From Octopus bimaculoides (lineage: Eukaryota): a stretch of 64,000 nucleotides of DNA. The stretch lies in NCBI RefSeq assembly GCF_001194135.2, contig NC_068982.1:72639426-72703425 (forward strand). Reading direction: 5' to 3'. The notes under the pieces were generated by a model. That model was not told the DNA's origin. It searched no databases and was given only the letters and a program-made list of their open reading frames with translations. A program made the position numbers and the translations under genes. Below are positions 49,071 through 62,342 of this stretch, piece by piece; position 1 is the first letter of the stretch, and the number at the start of each line of letters is the position of its first letter.

Positions 49071-50799
49071 TGGTGTTAACAATTAACTCTCATGCAAACA
49101 TTTCACTGCTGCTTTTTTAAATCATCCTTAAATGGGTGAGTATATGTTGACAACACAAATTATTTTCTAAGCTTTACAATATTCAGAAATGGGAGAGTTT
49201 TGTACAGTTTCTAATGTAATCATGCACAGGCACACACGCGTGCACACACACACACACTTGTCATACATAAATGCACACAAGCCAGGCTTTATCTTAACAT
49301 CAGTCAGTACATAGAGACACTTGTAGTCAATTGGAAGATGTTAGCTTAACACTTCAATATGTTTACAATGCCTATATAATTGAATGTGATGGTAGTCTTA
49401 CTTTTTTTAAAAATTTCTTTTTGTATTGTGCTAACATTTCTTTTGTATCTTTTTGTAATACGCAAATGACTTACAGTACACATTAGGCAGAAGAGAACTA
49501 AATTAAAAACAACCCCTCCCCCCACTGCAGACAATGAATGTTAGGTGCAAGCATGACTGAATGGTTAAAAAGCTCTCTTTGGGATCATGTGGTTTCAAGT
49601 TCAGTCCCATTGCTTGGCGGTAGATGGAAACTGCATGGAGGGCTGATGTATGTGTGTGTGCGTGTCCCACCACTGCTTGACAACTGGTGTTGGTTTTCAT
49701 GTCCAAGTAACTGAGCAGTTTGGCAAAAAGAAAAAAAAAAAAAGGATAGAATATGTATAAGACTTTAAAAAAAAGCATCGGGGGTTGATTTTTTTGCTTA
49801 AACCTTTAAGGCAGTATACTAGCATGGCTGCCATCCAATGACTGAAACAAGTAAAAGGTAATGTTTCCATGTATTACACGATATGTTTTTCACCTACACA
49901 CACAGACAAGTTATATAGACACACACATCAAAAGTTTTATTCCTTGCAGCACGAATTTTGGCCCTAATCAAGCTGAAAATATATGACCTACAATCTTTTA
50001 TGTATAGGATAAAAAGATATCAGACAATAATTTGATCTCAGTAGTTATCTGTTTTACAGAGGAAAGGCTGGTATATGTGTGTGTGTGTGTGTATGTATGT
50101 ATACACAACAAATTTTTTCCAACTCATTAACATGATAAAACTTCAAAATTAAATGAGCTCAAATGGTCTATATACTAAACCAACAAAAGAATGCTGCTTT
50201 CAGTATTACAGACATACAGGTGCACGAATACAGGCACATACATACACATTTGTATGCTTATGATGCTAATAAAAAGTAACTTGAATTCTATCAGTGTTCC
50301 ACTCTAACTCAACATGTCAACACAGAGAGGTAGGTGTAAAGTGATGTCTGTGGTGGTGATGATGACAATAATGATGATGATTGACCTAATCCAGGCTATA
50401 AGTATTGTCACCTTTTAACTTCACCTCTGACTTCGCCAAACTTGGTTCCTTTAAATTTGTCACAAATCAGCAACTTTAACATTACCTCATTATTTTTTTG
50501 TCTCCTTTTGTGCTTTCACCGAAGCACAAAGCTTCAGGCATGGCTGTGTAGTTAAGAAGTCCACTTTACAAACATGTGGATTCAGGTTCAGTCCAACTGC
50601 ATGACACCTTGAGTAAGTGCCTTCAACTATAGACCCAGGTGGACTGATACCTTGTAAGTGAACTTGGTAGACAGAAACTGTGTGGAAGCATGCTGTATGT
50701 GTGAGTGAGTGTGTGTGTGTGTGTGTGTGTGCATGCATACACACACAGCCACTGAAATATGCATAGTAATGTCCCAATTATCCATTTATTTCATGTGTA

Positions 50800-50841
<42 letters not shown>

Positions 50842-51166
50842 NNNNNNNNNNNNNNNNNNNNNNNNNNNNNNNNNNNNNNNNNNNNNNNNNNNNNNNNNNN
50901 NNNNNNNNNNNNNNNNNNNNNNNNNNNNNNNNNNNNNNNNNNNNNNNNNNNNNNNNNNNNNNNNNNNNNNNNNNNNNNNNNNNNNNNNNNNNNNNNNNNN
51001 NNNNNNNNNNNNNNNNNNNNNNNNNNNNNNNNNNNNNNNNNNNNNNNNNNNNNNNNNNNNNNNNNNNNNNNNNNNNNNNNNNNNNNNNNNNNNNNNNNNN
51101 NNNNNNNNNNNNNNNNNNNNNNNNNNNNNNNNNNNNNNNNNNNNNNNNNNNNNNNNNNNNNNNNNN

Positions 51167-51207
<41 letters not shown>

Positions 51208-51339
51208 AACACACACAAAACCATAAAAAAGGGAATAATTACTGAAGTAGAAATGGTTCACCAGTTCTGAACTCAAATATTTCATCCCTTATACAGATAT
51301 GGTACTTGCATATCATCATCATCAACTCTTGGACATACT

Positions 51340-51590
51340 GTCTTGAATCCTAGGACTCAGGGCTGGATACCTGGTTTCCACGGTATATACATGACCAAGA
51401 TCATCACATTCCTCCTGACTGGGATGCTAGTCCATCATAGGTTAACTCATTTACAGTTAAGTGGACTGGAACAACATGAAATGAAGTATTTTGCTCAAGA
51501 ACACAGTGCACCACCTGATCCAGTTATCAAAACCACAATCTTGTGATTGTGAGTGCAACACCTAACCATTAGGTCACATGCCTCCACTAA
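51340..51590 (-). mobile_element. tRNA-derived SINE family F4
   Basis: Reverse similarity to 21432-21690. Confidence 0.7.
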
Positions 51591-52022
51591 CTTTGAATAT
51601 CCAAGTATATGAACAGTCACTTGTTTAGGCTTGTCTCATTTTCAAAAAAGTGGTTAATATACTGTTATCCATAATCATTTTGTAACAAAATTATATTTTT
51701 ATATCAACATCAAAGAGAGAAAGAGAGAAAAACATAAAAACCCCACTTTTCGTTGGCGATCATTTTCTTTTGATTAACTAACACTGATTAATTATGAGAC
51801 AGATGTCCATTCTGACATAAAAGTCATAATCTACATCCAACTTTTGTTTCAATGAATAAATAATATCTAATATCTGTAATAAATATCTGATTCTATTAGG
51901 ATACAAGACGACGAAAGTGTAACCTCCCACCAAAAAAAACAAAAAAACTAATATAAATAAGGGTCAAACAGTAAGAAAAACAACAACATATATAAACACA
52001 CACAATATTTCTCTCTCTCTCC

Positions 52023-52071
<49 letters not shown>

Positions 52072-52915
52072 TTCAAATGTTGGCTATTTTTCCATGGGTC
52101 AAACAGATTTTTCTGAGGTGGATTTTCAACAGCCAGATGACCTTCCTGTTGCCAATCCATAGCTGTTTCTAAGGTAATATTTCCCGCCGAACAAGACATA
52201 TTTTCACAGAAAATTGGATATGAAAGACACCACTTGCATGAGTGACATTAACTTATAGCCATTACATGATGTTAAGGCAAGGAGATAAGACACACACACC
52301 CATATATGAAGGGCTTTTATCAGTTTCCTTTCCCAAATCCATTCACAATGGTCAGCCAATGGTCAGATACTTGTACTAGAAGATACTTGCTCAAGGTGTT
52401 GATTTGTGAAAAAGATACAGGAATTATATAACCAGAACCACAATTTCATTCTGACAGTTGGAAAGTAATAAGATGGCTATAGGCAACATGAACAGAATAA
52501 ATTGTCATGATTAGGAAGCAAACTTCTTAATAACACATTCATGCCTATGCCTACACACATACATGGTACTAGAGTTGTTGTGTTTCTTAGTTGACGGTCA
52601 AAGTGGAAAGTGTTGTGCAGTTCAAGCCTTATAAAAATATATTCTTTTATTCTCTTACTCGTTTCAGTCATTTGACTGTGGCCATGCTGGAACACCACCT
52701 TTAGTTGAACAAATCGATCCCAGGACTTATTCTTTGTAAGCCTAGTACTTATTCTATAGGTCTCTTGCTGAACCGCTAAGTTACAGGGATGTAAACATAC
52801 CGACGTATATATATATATATATATATAATGTATTTCAAATTGAGAACTTCAATATAAATTATTCATGATGCCAGTTTCTTACAAGGAACAAACTTCAATC
52901 AAATAATTTGCTTAA

Positions 52916-53135
52916 CTCATTAGCATTTAAATTGGCCATATCTGGCCAAAATACTCTACTTGTTTTATATTCAAACTGATCAGATCTGGCCTCTCACACC
53001 AATCTTACATTATCATTCTAAAAATCAACAGTTACCTCATCAAAATCTCAAAGCTATGAGAAAATTCATGATTAATTCAAAACAATGTAAATAGAGCAGC
53101 ATTACCTTTGACAGAATAATCCGAATGCAAAAGGG
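52916..53135 (-). mobile_element. piggyBac-like MITE family A
   Basis: TTAA at 52912-15 and 53136-39; reverse similarity to 20644-20858. Confidence 0.8.
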
Positions 53136-53795
53136 TTAAAGGAACTAGTAGTATGTATCCTTTACTTCTCTTGCTGGGGTCAATCACTGGAGTGTGGACA
53201 AGCTGGTGCACCAACCTCTACTGTATAGTTGCAAACATTGATCCCAGTATTTATTTTATCAACCATTGTGGCTAATGCTGGTGTCATGTAACTGGCACCT
53301 GTGCTAGTGGAATGTAAAAAGCACCCATTACACTCTCAGAGTGGTTGGCATTAGGAAAGGCATCCAGCTGTAGAAACCACGATTGGCACCTGATGCAGCT
53401 CCCCAGCTTACCAGTTTTAGTTAAAGCATCTAACCTATGCCAGCATGGAAAGCAGACACATGATGATGATGATAATGATGCAGGAGGGTAAAATCAAAGT
53501 GGGTCTGTGTGGGGTCCACTCTCAGTACATAAAGGTATTGTAAGCAAACACAACTATTTTGGCTGGTTGTCTACTGTTTCTGCAATCAACTAGCCATTAA
53601 TCGAATTTCTGAACTTAAAGCGATTACATGAGTAAAGACATGTTGGCATTAAAAATATTTTCCACTCTCAGATTTTTTTAAAAACAATAATACAATGTAT
53701 TGTTTGTAACAGCATTCATGTATAATATGAATAGTCATACAATATGTAAGTATAAGGAGTTGTTTAGAGATGTGAATGTAGTTTAGTATCTAAGT

Positions 53796-54042
53796 TAGTG
53801 GTTCTCAACCATTTTTTGCCTATGGACCTTTTGATTCCAAATTTACTCTACTGGACTTCCATAGCCATTTGATATTTAAAAAAAATCCTATTATATTTTC
53901 ATAATAAAAAAATTAGGAATTGCTTTAAAAATTAAAATATTTTGTGCATGGTAGAAGTATAATCAGTTTATTGCACAAATTTTAACAACAAAATCTTACA
54001 TAGACCCCCAAATGCCATATAGACCCTGGTTGAGAACCACTG
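53796..54042. mobile_element. Non-autonomous hAT-type MITE (second family)
   Basis: TIR TAGTGGTTCTCAACC / GGTTGAGAACCACTG; perfect 8-bp TSD ATCTAAGT at 53788-95 and 54043-50. Confidence 0.9.
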
Positions 54043-54548
54043 ATCTAAGTACAGTAGTACCTGCTTCATGGTTGGATGGTCAGTGATTAAAGTGGCTCCC
54101 CAACTTGGCTTGCCAGTTGAGGAGGATTTTGTGGTCACTCAGCAGGACAAAAAATAACAGCTGTCAAAGATCCACATGAGTGGTCATAAAAAAACATTTA
54201 GTACATGAATTGGTAGACCATGCAATTGGTCCAAGACAATAGTCACAAAGACTCCAATGGGAGATATACTGACTAAAATTTTCTCTCAAGTTGGAGTTCT
54301 GACATCCACAAAAGATCTAAATACAGCAAAACAAGCTGACAACTTTGATGTATCTTACAATTCAAACAAATGGTGTAACAAAATCTATAACTAATTAATG
54401 AAGGGTTGCGGGGGATACTTAAAAATGCAGCTAATGTATATTTGCAACAGTTAGCAAAGAAGTCTGATAATGGAATGTAGAAGCTACTGAGTAACTACTT
54501 ATAATGGCACTGGGGTGTAACCCGATATATATAATGATGGGAGTAACC

Positions 54549-54583
<35 letters not shown>

Positions 54584-55214
54584 NNNNNNNNNNNNNNNNN
54601 NNNNNNNNNNNNNNNNNNNNNNNNNNNNNNNNNNNNNNNNNNNNNNNNNNNNNNNNNNNNNNNNNNNNNNNNNNNNNNNNNNNAGAGAGAGGGGGGTATG
54701 TATATATGGTTGCAGGATGCTACACAATTATCCCCCATACATTATTTTAGGTATTGTCTGAATCGAAAGGCAACCCGTTATTATCTCTGTTTGTTTTGGT
54801 TTCGTACTTTTTTATTCCTAATTTGTTGTGCACTTATTTTTTCCTCATCTTTGACCATTCATTTTTTATTCTTTGCACAATTATAAGCTGTGGGCACCAC
54901 TGGAATGAATGATATGGTCTTAGGTACCAAAACTGCTATGATTTCCAATTGCCAGCTGATGATGGGATCAGACTAGTGCACATTAATCTGCTGTTTCTTT
55001 TGTTTTCCCTGAAACTATGTTCTTGTTTGCCTGTATTACTGTTTGTTGTATATATATATGTTTATATATATAACTTTATCTGCCATGTTTTAATAATAGT
55101 TACATATTTAAGGAAGTGTGGTGTGATTGTTGTATACTTATGCACTCAATTGCACCAATATTTTAACCACACACAGACACACATGCACATACATACAGAA
55201 CAAAGAATGGCAAG

Positions 55215-55253
<39 letters not shown>

Positions 55254-56569
55254 CATTTTGTTTCCCCCCTGTAATTACCATTTTTATACCTAGCACACTG
55301 TGGCGGTGTGGTATTTCTTGCACTGATTAACTGTCTGTCTTTTGTGACATTATATGACCATTTAAGAAGCAGAAAAACCAAAAGGAAAATACAAACAAAC
55401 AAAAACCAATAGGATACATAAGCACTGTGTCACCACATATAATATATATATATATANNNNNNNNNNNNNNNNNNNNNNNNNNNNNNNNNNNNNNNNNNNN
55501 NNNNNNNNNNNNNNNNNNNNNNNNNNNNNNNNNNNNNNNNAGTAGTGGTGGGAGATAGTACAGTGTCAAGGGATGGGAAGGTTCATCTGCAAGACTAAAA
55601 ATATAACTCCCACTCCCACCCCATGCTGAAAAAACAACAACAACAACAACTGGAGGAGGAGGATGATGGATGGGTTTAAAAATACTGAACAATATGATAT
55701 CATAGCAGCTCAATGAATGAGTCACTCACAGATGACCTTGCTTGACCTTCTTTTAAGTACAAAAGTCTTTAGCTGATAGAAGATAAGTAGCAATTAAATG
55801 ACAACAGAAATTAAAGCCTTTTGTTGTAGTCTTTAGTTTTAATTCACTTAGTCTTCAGTCTATGTTGACATCTGAGGGGGTGTGGAGGAGTCTGCAATCA
55901 CCACCACCACCACAGTCAACTGAATCTTCCCTATGGCTTCTCTTGGGTTAGACCTAGTCATCCAAAGAAACATCAAAGTGGTCTGTCTGTAAGAGTTCTG
56001 TTGGATTTTGTTCTTATGATGAATATGATGATGATTTCCCACCGCTTCTCATAACACAGTTGAATAAAACAGCCATCTACGTATCATACACAATGTATAT
56101 ACAGTATTGATAGGCCAGCCAGTATAACATCTCTTACAGACATGCTGTGTTAAAAATCCAATGAATATTAGAGGGAGATGAAAATCCATCCCAGCAGCAG
56201 CAGCTAGTGAAAGTACTAGATGCATTTTAGTCTTTTGGGGACCTATTTGAGGCTTTTTCAGTGGTGCATATTTGCAGCCAGTCACATGCTCAGATAAGAA
56301 TTTGTCATCTCCATGACCAGATGCTCTTCCTGCTGCCAACCCTTACCTGTTTCCAAATAAGAGATTTTTGTATGCCACTGGTCTTTGAAAGGGCTTATTA
56401 TTTATAATATGTGCTGCATATTATAAGCAACATATTATTTATAATATGTAGCTTATTTATAATAAGGAATGTAAACATGATATCACCAGTGTGCTCAAGT
56501 GATGGTATGTGAAGATATAAAATAAAAACATTCATACATACACACAATGTGTTTGCATATGTGTGCATA

Positions 56570-56758
56570 CCTGTATTTACTCATGCATAGGTCACACTCA
56601 AGTATAAGTTGCACTCCCAATTTAGCATTAAATCTTGGTACAAAATTTTTTCTCACTTAATAGTTTTAGCTTTACTCCATATTTAAGTTGCACTCCAGTT
56701 TTTTTTTTTTTTAGTTACAATCAAATATAAAATATGACTTATGCACAGGAATATACAG
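56570..56758. mobile_element. pogo/Tigger-type MITE
   Basis: TA flanks (56568-69, 56759-60); imperfect 24-bp TIR CTGTATTTACTCATGCATAGGTCA vs CTGTATATTCCTGTGCATAAGTCA. Confidence 0.6.
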
Positions 56759-58639
56759 TATATATATGTGTGTTATGTGTGTATGCATTTGTTTGTATGT
56801 GTATGGTTAAGAAGTTTGCCAGTGGTTCTTCTCCACCACACACACACACACACACACATACATACATGAACACATCTTGGACTAAAATGTAAAAAGAGAA
56901 TTTCCTCATGTAATGACAAACCTAGCATAGAAAAAAGAAAAACTCCTTCAAAATAAGTTTTTGTGCAAAGTTTCAAAATTTAGAATAGAATTTTGTTATA
57001 TCATCATAACAAATGTTCCCTTTTTTTTATTAGAAGTTTCATAAAAAGAAAAAAAAGAGTAAAACAAGAGGTTGCTACATAGTCAGCTGTGGGTCGCTTC
57101 TTCTACACAACGATACTATCTTGTGGATATTTTCTGAAAAGTGAGGCCTACAACACTTGTTCAAAGAAAATTAAAATTTCAAGTTCAGAAATCTAAACCA
57201 AATACAAAAAATACAAAAGCCCCCAGAAATGGTAAGGATTAAAAAATTAAAAATAATGAAAAAAGGAACAAACAAAATAACCCTCAAAATGTTTTTGTTT
57301 TTTTTTTGAAATTGTCAAAAGAAAAGAAAAAGCAAAAGGAAATGAGAAAATTAGAAATTAGAAATGATAATGTGCTCCAACCTGTTTAGTTTAATAAGGA
57401 TATATATTCCATCCAGGAAGAAGCAGGATCAATATAGCTGCTATTTATCCTCTCTTTATATATTTCATTATTAAGAAGAAAAAAAAATAAAATAAATACC
57501 TGCAAAGAGAAAAAAAATATAATGCAAATTTAGACAATCTTATTTTAAAAATCAACAACAACAATAATTTATCATATTGTCACAAGGCCAGCAATTTCAG
57601 ATGAGTGGATTAGTCTATGATATCGATCCCAAAAGGATGAAAGGCAAAGTCAATCCTGGCAAAATTTGAAGACATGCTAACAATTCTGCCAGCTTGCTGC
57701 CTATAATAATTTATCATATTGACAGGAAATATCTAAGGAAAGGCGTATAAACAATAACTCTACCTTGATGCTGGGATGGTCAATAATGTACCACTATTGA
57801 CCCTGAATGGAAGAAAGACATATCCAATGTTGGTGGAATTTGAACTAAGAATGACATAACTCATTATAATTACCAGGAATTTAGTCCGGTGCCTTTATCA
57901 TTTCTGCCTCTCACACACCATCATCATTATTGAAAGTTTGTTTTCCATGCTGGCATGGGTTAAATGATTTGACAAATGCTAGTGAGCCAGGAAACCGTAC
58001 TAAGTCCTAATGTCTGCTTTAGCAGAGCTTCTATGACTGGATACCCTTTCTAGCACCAACATCTTTACTGGGTGTACAGAGTGCTTTCTAAGTGGCACTA
58101 ACATTAGTGGGGGCACCAAGTAACTCACAAGACAAGACCCCTCAATTGAGGTGGTAGGAGGAATAATATTGAGGAAGGTGGCTTAATGTCAGGGGATGAG
58201 AAGTTAAAGTATGATAGAGAGACAGGAACAGGTGTCTGGCTGTAGAGAAGATACTTGGTATCCCTAGTTGGAGAAAAAAGAGGTTAGTGTCAGTGCATAC
58301 CCTCAAGTTACAGAAAGGTGAATATAAGAGAAGTGATAAGGGTGGGTAAAATACATCTGAAAATATGGACAATCATGAAACAGACTATAGTTTTTACAAT
58401 AAAATACTGACAACAATGAAGAGTGTGATGTATGTACCAGATAGCAAAAATAAATACATAAAATTTATTTCTTAAAAAAATAATAAATAAATTTATTTTC
58501 AGAACCAAAATTTAATAATCAATGCTTCCGGCATAATTATAATGTGTAATAAAATCCCTAATTGTCAGCAAGCTTTTTAGTTTTTTTCCATGAGCTGCTG
58601 CAAAACAAAGAAATTTTGTGTTTTAAAATTATGACTTAA

Positions 58640-59027
58640 CTCTTTTGATATTAACCTGTATGACATGGTTCCTGATTTTATAATAGAAATTTCCTGTCAT
58701 AAAATGATCTAAATTAAAAACCTTCCATTAAAATTCCATGATAGTTTACATGTTCTGAACATCAACTTGATAACGACAAAGTTATTTGGGTAAATTCTTT
58801 CTTATTTTTTCAAAAATAATTGAAACAAAGGCAATGTAGTTCAACAGAAATATGGTAACAGAAGGATTGAAGTGATCTAAAGTAAAGCTTTCTACCAAAA
58901 TTCCATGTTAATCTATGTTCCAAACACCAACTTAATGGACAGAGTTATTTGACTGAATTTTTTCATTATTTTCCAGATCAACAGAATCAAAGGTAGTGTA
59001 GTTGAAGAGAAACATGGTAGCTAAAGG
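58640..59027 (+). mobile_element. piggyBac-like MITE family B with duplicated 3' module
   Basis: TTAA at 58636-39; internal right end GAAGGA|TTGA at 58867-70; second right end CTAAAGG|TTAC; same architecture as 6535-6896. Confidence 0.65.
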
Positions 59028-59234
59028 TTACCAAAACTTTCCTCTAGGACTCAGATATGTAGACTAAGTCAAAACATTATTAATTTCATGATCTTGGAGA
59101 AGTACTTGTGCTAATTTGACAGAATGAGTAGAAAAATGATCATCTTGGTTTGTTATCAATATGGAATAACCCAGCTGATGCACAGAGGGGGAAATTCTGT
59201 TATATATATATATATATATATCATCATCATCATC

Positions 59235-59854
59235 AAGCATCAGTTGTGGCGTGCAAGAGAGACGATTGCGCTGGTATGGACATGTGGTGAGAATGGAGGA
59301 GGATAGCTGCGTGAAAAAGTGCCACACCCTAACAGTTGAGGGAACCCGTGGAAGAGGTAGGCCCAGGAAGACCTGGGCTGAGGTGGTGAGGCAAGACCTT
59401 CGTACATTGGGCCTCACCGAGGCGATGACTACGGACCGAGACCTTTGGAAATGGGCTGTGCGTGAGAAGACCCGGCAAGCCAAGATCGTTGCCAGTGCCC
59501 CTGGACTGGTTCTTGTGCGGTTGGCNNNNNNNNNNNNNNNNNNNNNNNNNNNNNNNNNNNNNNNNNNNNNNNNNNNNNNNNNNNNNNNNNNNNNNNNNNN
59601 NNNNNNNNNNNNNNNNNNNNNNNNNNNNNNNNNNNNNNNNNNNNNNNNNNNNNNNNNNNNNNNNNNNNNNNNNNNNNNNNNNNNNNNNNNNNNNNNNNNN
59701 NNNNNNNNNNNNNNNNNNNNNNNNNNNNNNNNNNNNNNNNNNNNNNNNNNNNNNNNNNNNNNNNNNNNNNNNNNNNNNNNNNNNNNNNNNNNNNNNNNNN
59801 NNNNNNNNNNNNNNNNNNNNNNNNNNNNNNNNCGATGATGATGATGATGATGAT
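59235..59854 (+). mobile_element. Young 5'-truncated RTE-clade LINE (interrupted by a gap)
   Basis: Open frame QERRLRWYGHVVRMEEDSCVKKCHTLTVEGTRGRGRPRKTWAEVVRQDLRTLGLTEAMTTDRDLWKWAVREKTRQAK; CpGs retained; (GAT)n tail after the gap. Confidence 0.9.
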
Positions 59855-59870
59855 ATATATTCTTTCTTGT

Positions 59871-60254
59871 GTGGAGGCGCAATGGCCCAGTGGTTAGGGC
59901 AGCGGACTCGCGGTCATAGGATCGGGGTTTCAATTTCCAGACCGGGCGTTGTGAGTGTTTATTGAGCAAAAACACCTAAAGCTCCACGAGGCTCCGGCAG
60001 GAGATGGTGGCGAACCCTGCTGTACTCTTTCACCACAACTTTCTCTCACTCTTACTTCCTGTTTCTGTTGTGCCTGTAATTCAAAGGGTCAGCCTTGTCA
60101 CACTGTGTCATGCTGAATATCCCCGAGAACTACATTAAGAGTACACGTGTCTGTGGAGTGCTCAGCCACTTTCACATTAATTTCACGAGCTCTTCCATTG
60201 ATCGGATCAACTGGAACCCTCGACGTCGTAAGCGACGGAGTGCCAACAACAACA
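59871..60254 (+). mobile_element. Full-length tRNA-derived SINE family F3 with TSD
   Basis: Highly similar to 39012-39402; 14-bp TSD ATATTCTTTCTTGT at 59857-70 and 60255-68. Confidence 0.9.
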
Positions 60255-60289
60255 ATATTCTTTCTTGTAATGTCTATACAATGACAAAT

Positions 60290-60770
60290 GTGGGTTTGTG
60301 GTTAAGAAGTTTGCTTCCCAACCACATAGTTTCGGGTTCAGTTCCACTTCAGTGGCACCTTGGACAACTGTCTTCTACTAGAGTGCCAGGTCAATCAAAG
60401 CCTTGGGGGAATTGATCTGGTAAATGGAAACTGAAAGAAGCCCATCATGTGTGTGTGAGTGTGCATGTTTGTGTTTCCTTGTTTTGAAATTACATCATCA
60501 TTTTTAACATCTACTTTTTTATGCTTATGTGGGATGGATGGATTTTGCTGAGGCAGATTATGGCCAGATGCCCTTCCTGTCGCCAATCCTCACCTGGTTC
60601 CAAGCTAGGTAATATTTCCCCATTGCCAGACATGTTTTCAAGCAATGTCATTCATTTCCAATATTCTGCAGAAACATGTCTGGTCATGGGAAATATTAAT
60701 ATGCTTGGAAACAGGTGAGAATTGGCAGCAGGAAAGGGCATCTAGCTGTAGAAAATCTGCCTCAACAAAA
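60290..60770 (+). mobile_element. F1 SINE with RTE tail carrying an inverted copy of its own tail (60492-60637)
   Basis: Layout compared with the uninterrupted copy at 63530-63950; 60543-60637 is the reverse complement of 60672-60770. Confidence 0.75.
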
Positions 60771-60829
60771 ATTATATAATAGAATATTTCGGCTGGATAT
60801 GGCCTGTTTAAATACTAAAAGGTTAAAGG

Positions 60830-61035
60830 ACCAGATGAAAACAAAATGATGGTAGTGAGTTCCAGAGAGGAGCAGTTTGAGAAAAGAAACTATTAGAATA
60901 AACGGATTTGTGACTAATAGGAAGCTCAATAGAGAAATAATATGCCTGAGAAAAGAAACATACGACAGATTTAAAGGTCTTATCAGAGAGTACTAGAGCA
61001 GAAAGTTTGTCAATGCAATGACCATGGAAATACAT
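60830..61035 (-). pseudogene. CR1/L2-group LINE ORF2 C-terminal remnant
   Basis: YFHGHCIDKLSALV...ELPISHKSVYSNSFFSQTAPLWNSLPS has the typical SFF.RT..LWNSLP motif. Confidence 0.7.
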
Positions 61036-61978
61036 GTTTTAAATTAACTATTCTAGAATCCATTTTTTGGCTCTTTTATCTCCCCCAGTCCTCATTTCTT
61101 TACAGCAATCTGATAATTTTCTACAAATCATGGATCACATTTATGATATTAAAGTCAACAGCCAGAGACATTGTTACCTTAATAGTCACAAAAGACGAAT
61201 ATGTAAACTTTAAAACTGGAACAATTTCACAGGCCCAGTTAATAAAATTATTTACTTTTCTAATGTAGTAAATTTGAAACAGCTTCCAATCTGGCTTGTC
61301 AATTGTCTCCAGAGAAAGTCTTTCATTGCTGCAGGCTTCATTGGTCTGTAAATATTATAAGGAAATTGTCACTTCCACACAGATCACCTCGAGTCTTCCA
61401 AATAAAATTAAGTGAGAGAGAGAGAGAGGGGAGAGAAAGCAAACTGTTAAGTGTGAGGTCAATGGAAGTATACTGTCCATTTCCTGGATGCAAGTATGCT
61501 GGAGAATTATTATTAAATATGCATAAATTGTTATTGAAAACGAAATCTTGCAGCTGTTTGCCTTTACAGTCTAATGAAACACCCCTCTAACCATTGGCCG
61601 CCGCTGCCGCCACCACCACTACCACCACCACCACTACCACCACCACCAACGCTGCTGCCACCACCACCACTCAACAGCACAAATTGTGAATGTTGAAGTC
61701 TTTCATAATGGTATGGTTTAAGGAACTGAAACTGAAATGAATAATGTAATTGCCAATTTTTTAATATCATTTTTTGGATGGGGATGGTTTCAGCGATTGA
61801 TTTATAGGATCTGGTGTTGAGTGTATTGGTTATTCTGTACTCCGATAAATTACCTGTAATTGACACGAATAAAGACTTTGCTGTTAATGAGGATACTGCT
61901 GCTGCTGCAATAGTAGGCAGATCCACAAACAAGTTCTCTATTTTAACACCATATATATATGTACATAAATATATTGTA

Positions 61979-62342
61979 GGCATAGGAGTGGCTGTATGGT
62001 AAGTAGCTTGCTTACCAACCACATGGTCTCGGGTTCAGTCCCACTGCGTGGCATCTTGGGCAAGTGTCTTCTACTATAGCCTCGGGCCGACCAAAGCCTT
62101 GTGAGTGGATTTGGTAGACGGAAACTGAAAGAAGCCCGTTGTATATATGTATATATATATGTATGTGTTTGGGTATCTGTGTTTGTCCGCCCAACATCGC
62201 TTGACAACTGATGCTGGTGTGTTTATGTCCCCGTAACTTAGCGGTTCGGCAAAAGAGACCGATAGAATAAGTACTAGGCTTCTAAAGAATAAGTCCTGGG
62301 GTCGATTTGCTCGACTAAAGGCAGTGCTCCAGCATGGCCACA
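61979..62342 (+). mobile_element. Young SINE family F1 (tRNA head, CORE-like segment, internal microsatellite, tail A), truncated by a gap
   Basis: GGAGTGGCTGTATGGTAAG, GGGTTCAGTCCC, CATCTTGGGCAAGTGTCTT (CORE-like), many CpGs retained. Confidence 0.85.

Noticed and set aside
59235-59260. Similar 5' truncation points of the two ORF-bearing RTE copies
   Set aside because: They differ by about 25 bp and n=2; insufficient evidence for a defined non-autonomous family.
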